NCBI GenBank assembly: GCA_964627535.1
Contig: CAZVJW010000007.1
Span: 3,144 to 67,143, forward strand
Reading direction: 5' to 3'
Length of the DNA: 64,000 nt
DNA from: an uncultured Eubacteriales bacterium
GTDB lineage: Bacteria > Bacillota > Clostridia > Oscillospirales > Acutalibacteraceae
The notes beneath the pieces are model-generated. The model ran no database searches, was not told the origin of the DNA, and was given only the letters and a program-made list of their open reading frames with translations. Position 1 is the first letter of the stretch. Every line of letters starts with the position of its first letter. Made by a program: the position numbers and the translations under genes. Positions 16,900 through 25,016 of the stretch are shown piece after piece.

Positions 16900-18027
16900 A
16901 TGGTAGAAAGAGAAAAAATGAGCTTGGGTGCTCAAAAAATGCGAGACTTCTACGAGATGAAAAAGGGCGCTCATATCTATCAGGAAGAGTTCGGATTTTT
17001 CACCTTTGACCGCTGGACAGCGGCGGGTTTTTTGAGTGATGATGTTGATTTAAACAAGCTGTTCGGTTATGACGAGCCGGGTAAGTATTCCTTAGGTAAG
17101 TTAGGCTGGTGCGAAAGTGAACTAAACCCCATCTTTAAAGAAGAAGTTTTGGAAGACAGGGGAGAGCATGAACTTGTGCGGGATTTCGCGGGCAGGCATG
17201 TTCTTTATTTCAAGGGGCGAAGGAACGGCTTTATGCCGGAGTATGTTGACCATCCGGTGAAGGATATGCTGACCTGGGAGCGGGATGTCAAATGGCGGCT
17301 TGACCCGTCAACACCAAAACGCTTTGCAGACATCGAAAAGAGAATGGAAAATGCAAAGAACCGGGAAAAGCAGGGGATGGTGATCTGCCAGAACCTGATC
17401 GGCGGCTATATGTATCTTCGCTCGCTCATGGGACCGGAAGGCGTTTTATATATGGTGTACGACGCGCCGGAGCTGATACATGACTGCATGAAAACATGGT
17501 TCGAACTGGCGGATACCGTCATCGCGCAGCATCAGAAGTATGTCACGCTGGATGAAATCTTTTTAGCAGAGGACATCTGTTACAAGGGCGGACCGTTGAT
17601 TTCACCTGCCATGATGCGTGAGTTTTTATTTCCATACTATCAGCAGCTGACATTAAACGCCAAAAACAGGCAGATTGATAAAACGCGGCTGCTTCACATC
17701 CAGATTGATACGGACGGCGACTGCAGGCCGGTGATCCCCGTTTACAAAGAAATCGGCATGGACTATATGTCTCCGTTTGAAGTTGCCTCCGGCTGCGATG
17801 TGGTGGAGCAGAGAAAACAATATCCGGAACTTTTGATGCGCGGCGGGATTGACAAACGGATATTAGCCGAAAGCAAGGATGCCATTGACCGGGAGCTCGA
17901 AAGAATCATGCCTTTTATGCGCGAACAAGGCGGTTATATTCCAACCTGCGACCATGGGGTGCCGGAAGAGGTGCCGTTTGAAAACTACCTGCATTACAGA
18001 AAAAGAATGATTGAATACAGCAGCTGA
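16900..18027 (+). CDS. Uroporphyrinogen-decarboxylase (URO-D/MtaA-like) family protein
   Basis: 375 aa with a URO-D-like C-terminal region (..MPFMREQGGYIPTCDHGVPEEVPFENY..). Confidence 0.6.
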   Translation: MVEREKMSLGAQKMRDFYEMKKGAHIYQEEFGFFTFDRWTAAGFLSDDVDLNKLFGYDEPGKYSLGKLGWCESELNPIFKEEVLEDRGEHELVRDFAGRHVLYFKGRRNGFMPEYVDHPVKDMLTWERDVKWRLDPSTPKRFADIEKRMENAKNREKQGMVICQNLIGGYMYLRSLMGPEGVLYMVYDAPELIHDCMKTWFELADTVIAQHQKYVTLDEIFLAEDICYKGGPLISPAMMREFLFPYYQQLTLNAKNRQIDKTRLLHIQIDTDGDCRPVIPVYKEIGMDYMSPFEVASGCDVVEQRKQYPELLMRGGIDKRILAESKDAIDRELERIMPFMREQGGYIPTCDHGVPEEVPFENYLHYRKRMIEYSS

Positions 18028-18102
18028 GTTTTTAGAATATCGGAACCGCCCTTTTGAAGAAGGTGGCTTCTAAGATTTATATTGAAAACATGACGTAAAA
18101 TT

Positions 18103-18138
18103 GTTACAATGGACACAGTCAAATGTGTCCATTGTAAC
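18103..18138. promoter_or_regulatory. Perfect 15-bp-arm palindrome (gttacaatggacaca-gtcaaa-tgtgtccattgtaac) immediately upstream of the DUF3592 gene; putative operator
   Basis: No T-run follows, so it is not a terminator. It overlaps the likely promoter/RBS region (GGAGG at ~18149-53). Confidence 0.45.
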
Positions 18139-18146
18139 TAATTTAT

Positions 18147-18611
18147 ATGGAGGCAAATAAATTGAAAAACTACAGGTCAGGCAGAGTTATCTCATTTATT
18201 TTTGCCGCGTTCTTTCTTTTCTTCGCGGTTTACGCAACCTATGACAGAGCCGGCTTTAAAAGCAATTCGATTGTAACACAAGGCAAGGTGGTGGACATCG
18301 TAACGGAATCCACCAGCAAAACGGACAGGGTTTTCATCTTTATTACGAGAAACATTGAAAAATCGATTATTGAGTACACGGATAAAAACGGGGACACTTA
18401 TACAAAATCGGAAGCGCCCTTTTTCAAAAAAGCACCATATGCGCTGAATGATACAGTAGATATCCGATACAATCCCGAATTCCCCGAATCCGGCATTGTG
18501 GACACTTTCACAAATCTTTTCGGATTTACGCTTCTGTTTTATTTCATCAGTTTTGTATTCTTTTTCGTGTTCTTCTATTTGAAAGTGATGCAAAAGGGGA
18601 AGAAGAAGTAG
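18147..18611 (+). CDS. DUF3592-family membrane protein (two TM helices flanking a beta-rich core)
   Basis: TM helices at both termini. The likely true start is TTG at ~18162, 8 nt after GGAGG. Confidence 0.6.
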   Translation: MEANKLKNYRSGRVISFIFAAFFLFFAVYATYDRAGFKSNSIVTQGKVVDIVTESTSKTDRVFIFITRNIEKSIIEYTDKNGDTYTKSEAPFFKKAPYALNDTVDIRYNPEFPESGIVDTFTNLFGFTLLFYFISFVFFFVFFYLKVMQKGKKK

Positions 18612-18628
18612 TAGTGGTCAGTGGTCAG
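18612..18628 (+). repeat. TAG + 2x TGGTCAG heptamer tandem directly after a stop codon
   Basis: tag|tag tggtcag tggtcag. Related arrays lie at 22201 and 24953. Confidence 0.8.
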
Positions 18629-18672
18629 ACGCTACCTGAAAGACACTTGAGCCTGAAAGGAAGGATATAATC

Positions 18673-19131
18673 ATGGCGAAAAAGACCTTTGAGGAAAAGC
18701 TGAATGACAACAGGGATATGCCGAAACTCATTGAGCTTGACGACCCGAAACAAATCAAACAGTACGGCGGTAAAATTATGCTGATAGCTCCACCTCTTGC
18801 TTATGACGCGATTATGAAACAAGTACCGAACGGTAAACTGATAACCGCCGACATCATCAGAAATTATTTGGCAAAAAAGCATGGCGCTGATTTCACCTGC
18901 CCGCTGACAGCCGGAATTTTTATGAACATTGTTGCCGGCGCGGCCGCAGAGCGGAAAACAGACGAAACGCCTTATTGGCGCACACTCAGAAAAGACGGTG
19001 AGCTCAACGAAAAATATCCGGGCGGAGTTGACGCGCAAAAACTGCATCTCGAAATAGAGGGGCATACCGTTATTCAAAAAGGCAAACGCTGGTTTGTGAA
19101 GGATTATAAAGAGAAATTGTTTGATCTGTGA
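18673..19131 (+). CDS. Hypothetical protein, 152 aa (possibly MGMT/Atl-like DNA-binding fold; unsure)
   Basis: Clean ORF with RBS GGAAGGA. No confident motif. Confidence 0.4.
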   Translation: MAKKTFEEKLNDNRDMPKLIELDDPKQIKQYGGKIMLIAPPLAYDAIMKQVPNGKLITADIIRNYLAKKHGADFTCPLTAGIFMNIVAGAAAERKTDETPYWRTLRKDGELNEKYPGGVDAQKLHLEIEGHTVIQKGKRWFVKDYKEKLFDL

Positions 19132-19155
19132 AGTTAAGAAGAAAAGAGAAAGTCT

Positions 19156-19559
19156 GTGAATATCGTTTACAAAGATACAAATGATTTTAACCCCGATGAT
19201 TTGCAGGAGCTGTTTTTGTCGGTTGAGTGGTCCTCCGGCCACTTTCCGGAAAAACTGGCAGTTGCGATGCAAAACAGCGGCACCGTTTTCTCGGCATGGG
19301 CCGGCGAAAACTTGTTGGTCTGATCAACGTTTTGGACGACGGTATAATGACCGCTTATGTTCATTACTTGCTGGTGAACCCGGAATATCAGGGCAAGGGC
19401 ATCGGCAAAGAATTGGTGCTTCTTGTAAAAGAGAAATACAAAGATTATCTCAGAACTGTTTTAATAGCGTATGATAAGGAAGCTGAATTTTACCGCCGCC
19501 TCGGGTTTGAGGCGGGAACCGGGAAAAGTCCGATGTTTATCACTTCGCTCTGGACTTGA
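19156..19559 (+). pseudogene. GNAT N-acetyltransferase disrupted by a -1 frameshift in an A-run (~19306-19311)
   Basis: A GTG-initiated frame (VNIVYKDTNDFNPDDLQELFLSVEWSSGHFPEKLAVAMQNSGTVFSAWAGE) runs into a stop at 19321. ORF 19227..19559 continues the same protein in the -1 phase (..KLVGLINVLDDGIMTAYVHYLLVNPEYQGKGIGKELV..). One extra A in gaaaac restores a ~134-aa GNAT. Confidence 0.7.
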
Positions 19560-19619
19560 GAATGGTTCGTCTGCGAAGCGGCATATGGTGCAATTTATTT
19601 CCTCAACAAAGGAGCAGTT

Positions 19620-19979
19620 ATGAAATACGGGTGGCTTGATGAATATTGCCTTTCGAAAAAAGGCGCCGAAAAAGATTTTAAGCCGGAATGGAACGCGACC
19701 CGCTACATGATAAGGGGTAAAATGTTCGCCATGCTTGGGGGCGATAAAAACGGGACGCCGATTATTACGGTAAAGCTGGAACCGTTGTTCGGCGAGCTTT
19801 TAAGAAAACAATATAAAGATATCATCCCCGGCTATTATATGAACAAGGAGCATTGGAACTCACTTTATTTGGACGGCGATGTTCCGGACGCTGTGTTGAA
19901 AGATATGCTGGATAAGTCATACAATATTTTGCTTGCGTCTTTCAGCAAAAAGGCGCAAAATGAGATAATCGCTGAGTAA
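19620..19979 (+). CDS. MmcQ/YjbR-family DNA-binding protein
   Basis: 119 aa; family-typical ..KMFAMLGGD.. and ..HWNSLYLDG.. Confidence 0.65.
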   Translation: MKYGWLDEYCLSKKGAEKDFKPEWNATRYMIRGKMFAMLGGDKNGTPIITVKLEPLFGELLRKQYKDIIPGYYMNKEHWNSLYLDGDVPDAVLKDMLDKSYNILLASFSKKAQNEIIAE

Positions 19980-20011
19980 CATATAACAGCCAACATCAAA
20001 CAAAGTAAGGA

Positions 20012-20440
20012 ATGGATATGATTATGGGCAAAGTTTTAAGGTCAAACAATATGAATAAATGCATCGGCTGCTTTACCTGCCAAAGGGTTTGCGCCGGCAT
20101 CAACCACAAGTCGTTTACCGACGATAAAAGCGCAATAAAAATACGTACACTTGGCGGATTATCCGGTAAGTTTTTTGCCACGCACTGCCTTGCCTGCACC
20201 GGGGACATCGCCTGCATGAATGCCTGCCCGACCGGCGCGCTGACGGAAAGACCCGGCGGCGGCGTGATACTCAATGAAAAGAAATGTATTCATTGCAAAA
20301 AATGCGCCGAAAGCTGTATTGTGAAAGCAATTTATTTTACCGATGACAACTCTCCGCCCATCATCTGCAAACACTGCGGAATCTGTGTAAAATATTGCCC
20401 CCACAATTGCCTGACCATGGAGGATAAGGACGATGCTTAA
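20012..20440 (+). CDS. 4Fe-4S dicluster ferredoxin-domain protein (AOR partner)
   Basis: Three CxxCxxCxxxC-type clusters (CIGCFTCQRVC, CIHCKKCAESC, CKHCGICVKYCP); overlaps the AOR start by 8 nt. Confidence 0.8.
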   Translation: MDMIMGKVLRSNNMNKCIGCFTCQRVCAGINHKSFTDDKSAIKIRTLGGLSGKFFATHCLACTGDIACMNACPTGALTERPGGGVILNEKKCIHCKKCAESCIVKAIYFTDDNSPPIICKHCGICVKYCPHNCLTMEDKDDA

Positions 20441-22196
20441 CGAAAACTATATTAAAGTCTTACATATAGACCTAACTTCCGGGAAAGTCAGTGTTGACCT
20501 GCGGGAAGACCTAAGAAAGTTTCTCGGTGGAGTCGGCGTTGCTTCGCAGCTGCTGTATGAAAACATGGTGTCATGGGAGGACCCGTTGTCCCCTGTGCAG
20601 CCGATCGTTTTTGCTATCGGCGCGCTGAGCTCAATCTTCCCGGTTGTTACCAAAACCGTTGCGATGTTTATCTCGCCTGTTACCGGAGAATTGGGGGAGT
20701 CTTACGCCGGCGGAAGATTTGCTTACACCATGTTCAACGCTGGTATAGACGCGCTGGTCATCAAGGGCAAGGCGAAAAATCCCTGTTATATAACCATTAA
20801 CAATAACCGCATTGATATTAAGGACGCCCGTGCTTTTTGGGGGCTTCATGCCAATCAGGTGGGGCAATACATCAGGACGGTCGAGGGCGGGCAGGGCAAA
20901 CGCTCAATCATCCGAATTGGGCCTGCCGGAGAAAACCTGTGTAAAATCGCGAATGTCAATGTGGATACCTACCGGCATTTCGGCCGCATGGGGCTTGGCG
21001 CCTTATTCGGCAGCAAAAATTTAAAGGCAATTCAGGTGACGGGGGATGTCACAAAGGAGATAAAAGACCAAAAGAAATACCTCAAGGTATATAATGAGAT
21101 TTTTAACAAGGTGACGGACACCAAGCTGATGACAAAATACCATGATCTCGGCACACCGATCAATGTCAATGTTTTAAATATCATCGGTGCGCTGCCTGTC
21201 AAAAATCTTCAGGAAGCGCATGTCGATGATGCCGAAGGTATCAGCGGTGAGCATTTTGCCGAGAGAAATCTTATTAGAAAAATAGCCTGTGTCGGCTGTC
21301 CGGTAGGCTGCGTACACATTGGGCAAGTCAGGCGTGAATTTGATACAGGGCATGAATATGAAACCTTGAATGTCGCTTACGACTATGAACTGATTGCAAC
21401 ATTGGGATCAAACTTAGGGATAACCGACAGCGACTCGATTTTGGAACTGATAGACGCGGTGGAAGAATACGGGCTGGACGCGGTCGCGGGCGGAATCTGT
21501 CTGGCATATGCAACAGAGTGCTTCGAAAAGAAGATTGTTACGGAAGAAGAAACGATTGTTCCGCTGGAATTCGGCAATAAAGAAAACTATCTGAAGGCTA
21601 TAAAATTTATGGCGGCCAAGGAAAACGATTTTTATGCCGCATTGTCAGACGGCGTCGCGGTGGCATCGAAGAAATACGGAGGCGAGGAATTTGCCGTATC
21701 CATCGCTAAAAACGAAATGCCGGCGTACCATACCGGCTACGGAGCAATAGTTGGATATAGCTGCGGTGCAAGGCACAGCCATTTATGCAACGGCGGTTAT
21801 TCTTATGACCAGACAAACAAAGAATTTAACAAGCAGAATATTGTTGACAGCATATTTGAAGAAGAAGTCAAGCGCTGCGTTTTGAATTCGCTTATCATCT
21901 GTCTTTTCGCCAGGAATGTGTATGACAATGCGACAATACTCTCCGCGCTGGACGCAATCAGCGCAATCGGACCCGAGAACCTGAATGACGAATATTTGGA
22001 GCAGTTAGGCCTGCGGATCTATAAAACCAAATTAAAGATTAAAGAAGCGCTGGGGTTTGACCTTTCGAAAATCCAGATATCAAAACGAGTTTTCAGCACA
22101 CCGGCAATGGGGAATGTGTTGGATGAAGACACTGCACGGGAAATGATTGAGATGTTCAAGCAAAAGGACGAGGAATTGCTTGCTTCGGAAATCTAA
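20433..22196 (+). CDS. Aldehyde:ferredoxin oxidoreductase (tungsten-type AOR family)
   Basis: 587 aa; AOR_N and AOR_C signatures (..LGGVGVASQLLYE.., ..CVGCPVGC..). Confidence 0.8.
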   Translation: MLNENYIKVLHIDLTSGKVSVDLREDLRKFLGGVGVASQLLYENMVSWEDPLSPVQPIVFAIGALSSIFPVVTKTVAMFISPVTGELGESYAGGRFAYTMFNAGIDALVIKGKAKNPCYITINNNRIDIKDARAFWGLHANQVGQYIRTVEGGQGKRSIIRIGPAGENLCKIANVNVDTYRHFGRMGLGALFGSKNLKAIQVTGDVTKEIKDQKKYLKVYNEIFNKVTDTKLMTKYHDLGTPINVNVLNIIGALPVKNLQEAHVDDAEGISGEHFAERNLIRKIACVGCPVGCVHIGQVRREFDTGHEYETLNVAYDYELIATLGSNLGITDSDSILELIDAVEEYGLDAVAGGICLAYATECFEKKIVTEEETIVPLEFGNKENYLKAIKFMAAKENDFYAALSDGVAVASKKYGGEEFAVSIAKNEMPAYHTGYGAIVGYSCGARHSHLCNGGYSYDQTNKEFNKQNIVDSIFEEEVKRCVLNSLIICLFARNVYDNATILSALDAISAIGPENLNDEYLEQLGLRIYKTKLKIKEALGFDLSKIQISKRVFSTPAMGNVLDEDTAREMIEMFKQKDEELLASEI

Positions 22197-22200
22197 AAAG

Positions 22201-22228
22201 TGGTCAGTGGTTAGTGGATAGTGGTCAG
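22201..22228 (+). repeat. 4x heptamer tandem TGGTCAG TGGTTAG TGGATAG TGGTCAG, 4 nt after the AOR stop
   Basis: Direct reading of the sequence. Confidence 0.85.
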
Positions 22229-22294
22229 CACATTCAAGATAATAGAATCCCTATGAAAAAGTGGGTTTACGATGAATAGTAAAAGGAACAAAGC

Positions 22295-22753
22295 ATGAAC
22301 AGTCAAAAACCAAAGGTTGCTTTCATCTGTGTGCATAATTCCTGCCGGTCACAAATTGCGGAAGCGTTAGGCAAACACTTTGCCGGCGATGTTTTTGAAA
22401 GTTTTTCCGCGGGAACCGAAATGAAACCGCAAATCAATCAGGATGCCGTGCGGCTGATGAAAGAGCTTTATAATCTTGATATGGAGAAGACTCAATACTC
22501 AAAACTTACTTCGGCTTTGCCGCCGGTAGAGGTGGTTGTTACCATGGGCTGTAATGTGGAGTGCCCGTATTTACCGGCAAAAATGCGGGAGGACTGGGGG
22601 CTTGACGACCCCACCGGCAAGAACGATGAGGAGTTCAAAAAAACAATAATAATCATAGAGAAAAAGATAAAAGAATTAGCCGAAAAGTTAAATAAATTGA
22701 ATCGCCGATTATTTGCAATCATTGCTGTAACCGGCGATATCTTTATGCTATAA
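22295..22753 (+). CDS. arsC: Arsenate reductase, LMW-PTP/thioredoxin-coupled type
   Basis: Catalytic loop ..VAFICVHNSCRSQIAEA..; ~150 aa. Confidence 0.8.
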   Translation: MNSQKPKVAFICVHNSCRSQIAEALGKHFAGDVFESFSAGTEMKPQINQDAVRLMKELYNLDMEKTQYSKLTSALPPVEVVVTMGCNVECPYLPAKMREDWGLDDPTGKNDEEFKKTIIIIEKKIKELAEKLNKLNRRLFAIIAVTGDIFML

Positions 22754-22768
22754 TGCTCTCAAGTACTT

Positions 22769-23863
22769 TTGGAGGCGAAAACAGTATTGTCTCATAACAA
22801 CAATAAACAAAATATCAGCAAAGCAACCGCAGCTATATTAATGGCTGTTTTGGCTGCTGCTTTGTACGGTATCAGCGCACCGGTATCAAAGCTGCTTCTT
22901 GTGAAAATCCCGCCGGCTTTAATGGCGGCGCTTTTATATCTGGGCGCCGGGCTCGGCATGCTGGCAGTCAACCTGCTGAGAGTTTGGAACAAAAAAGAGC
23001 GGATAGAAGCAAGGATGACAAAAAAGGAAATGCCGTATGTTGCCGCGATGATTATCCTTGATATCGCCGCACCGATACTGCTGATGGCTGGCCTGAAAAC
23101 AGCAACGGCGGCGAATGTCTCGCTTCTCAATAATTTTGAAATTGTCGCGACCTCGCTGATTGCGCTGTTCATCTTCAAAGAGGCAATCGGCAAACGGATG
23201 TGGCTGGCTATTACCCTGATAACGGTTGCGAGCATCATTTTATCCGTGGAGGATTTCAGCAGCTTTTCTTTTTCAGCAGGCTCTGTTCTTGTGCTTGCTG
23301 CCTGCGTTTGCTGGGGGTTCGAAAACAACTGCACAAGAAAGCTTTCCATAAGAGACCCGCTGCAGATAGTTGTGGTCAAGGGCTTTGGCTCCGGGATCGG
23401 TTCGCTGATTATTGCCCTCGCGGCTAAAGAATTCAGCAGTAATATACGGTATATCCTGCTTACCCTGCTGCTGGGTTTTGTCGCTTACGGGCTGAGCATA
23501 TTCTTTTACATTTCTGCGCAGAGAGAACTCGGCGCTGCAAGGACAAGCGCGTTTTACGCCGCTGCACCGTTCATCGGCGTTCTTATTTCGTGGCTGGTTT
23601 TCAGCGATAAAATCTCGCTGTTATTTATCATCGCGCTTGTGATTATGCTCACCGGCACCTATTTCGCGGTGTTTGAAAACCACAAGCATTCGCATGTTCA
23701 TATGCAGGAAGTTCATGAGCATAAACACAGCCACCTTGACGGGCACCATAATCATGCGCATGATACAGAAATAATCGGAGCGCATACTCATAAGCATACC
23801 CATGAAAATATTGAGCACAAGCACGCGCATACGCCGGACATTCATCACAGGCACAAGCATTAA
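22769..23863 (+). CDS. EamA/DMT-family permease with a ~60-aa histidine-rich C-terminal tail
   Basis: Ten predicted TM helices; the tail is HEHKHSHLDGHHNHAHDTEIIGAHTHKHTHENIEHKHAHTPDIHHRHKH. The start is uncertain (track TTG at 22769, alternative TTG at ~22787). Confidence 0.65.
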   Translation: MEAKTVLSHNNNKQNISKATAAILMAVLAAALYGISAPVSKLLLVKIPPALMAALLYLGAGLGMLAVNLLRVWNKKERIEARMTKKEMPYVAAMIILDIAAPILLMAGLKTATAANVSLLNNFEIVATSLIALFIFKEAIGKRMWLAITLITVASIILSVEDFSSFSFSAGSVLVLAACVCWGFENNCTRKLSIRDPLQIVVVKGFGSGIGSLIIALAAKEFSSNIRYILLTLLLGFVAYGLSIFFYISAQRELGAARTSAFYAAAPFIGVLISWLVFSDKISLLFIIALVIMLTGTYFAVFENHKHSHVHMQEVHEHKHSHLDGHHNHAHDTEIIGAHTHKHTHENIEHKHAHTPDIHHRHKH

Positions 23864-23883
23864 CATTTTGAGGAGAATGACGG

Positions 23884-24951
23884 ATGATTTTTGATGATTT
23901 GGCAAACCGCAAACTGCCCCCGGTTCTGGCGGAAAAAACCACAGCGGAAAACTGGCCGCAACGGCGCAAAGAGCTGTTGGAACTCCTCGCAAGGGAAGAA
24001 TACGGTTTTTCACCGGAACCGCCGCCAAGCGTTGAAGCGGTTATAAACCGCGTTGAAGACTGGGCATGGGCAGGCAAAGCCGAACACAGGCAAGTGAACC
24101 TGAAATTTCAAACCCCTAAGGGTGAATTTTCCTTTCCGGTGGATTTTGTATTACCGAAAAGCGAAAAGGATCTGCCGCTGTTTATTTATATATCCTTCAC
24201 CAAGTATCCTGTCGGCAAATACGGCCCGATTGAGGAAATTATAGACGGCGGGTATGCCATGGCTATATTCAGCTATGAAGATGTGACGCTGGACGAAGAT
24301 GACAGTTTTACCTCCGGTTTGGCGGCCATGTATGACAGAACCGGCGACGGCGCGGATTGGGGTAAAATAGCCATGTGGGCGTGGGCAGCGAGCCGCGTAA
24401 TGGATTACGCACTCACGCTGCAACAAATCGACAAAAACCGCATCTTCTGCGCCGGCCATTCGCGCCTTGGAAAAACTTCACTTTGGTGCGGCGCGCAGGA
24501 CGAACGCTTCGCGGCTGCCGTTTCCAACGATTCGGGCTGCAGCGGGGCTGCGATTACAAGGGATAAAGAGGGCGAAAGGGTTAAGGCAATCACCACCAAT
24601 TTTCCGCACTGGTTTTGCCAAAACTATCAAAAATACAGAGAAAAAGAGCATGAGATGCCCTTTGACCAGCATCAGCTGCTCGCGTTGATAGCGCCGCGTC
24701 CGGTATATGTAGCGAGCGCATCGGAGGATATTTGGGCGGACCCGCAAAGCGAGTTTTTGGCATGCTTAGCGGCGAGTGATGCTTACAAACTGCTGGGAAA
24801 AAAGGGATTTATGCATGAAGACCGAACTGTTGAACCGGGCGAGTTTTTGCATGAAGGCAATATCGGTTACCATCTGCGCCCGGGTCCGCACTTTTTAAGC
24901 CGTTACGACTGGCAAATGTTCATGCGGTTTATGGATAAGCACTTGCGCTGA
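23884..24951 (+). CDS. Alpha/beta hydrolase, CE15 glucuronoyl-esterase-like
   Basis: Nucleophile motif ..CAGHSRLGK.. (compare CE15 G-C-S-R-x-G); 355 aa. Confidence 0.5.
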   Translation: MIFDDLANRKLPPVLAEKTTAENWPQRRKELLELLAREEYGFSPEPPPSVEAVINRVEDWAWAGKAEHRQVNLKFQTPKGEFSFPVDFVLPKSEKDLPLFIYISFTKYPVGKYGPIEEIIDGGYAMAIFSYEDVTLDEDDSFTSGLAAMYDRTGDGADWGKIAMWAWAASRVMDYALTLQQIDKNRIFCAGHSRLGKTSLWCGAQDERFAAAVSNDSGCSGAAITRDKEGERVKAITTNFPHWFCQNYQKYREKEHEMPFDQHQLLALIAPRPVYVASASEDIWADPQSEFLACLAASDAYKLLGKKGFMHEDRTVEPGEFLHEGNIGYHLRPGPHFLSRYDWQMFMRFMDKHLR

Positions 24952-24952
24952 G

Positions 24953-24976
24953 TGGTTAGTGGCTAGTGGTCAGTGG
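24953..24976 (+). repeat. 3x heptamer tandem TGGTTAG TGGCTAG TGGTCAG (+TGG), 1 nt after the stop codon
   Basis: Direct reading of the sequence. Confidence 0.85.
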
Positions 24977-25016
24977 AACGTAGGGGCGACCTTTGTGTCG
25001 TCCGTAATCCCCGGGC

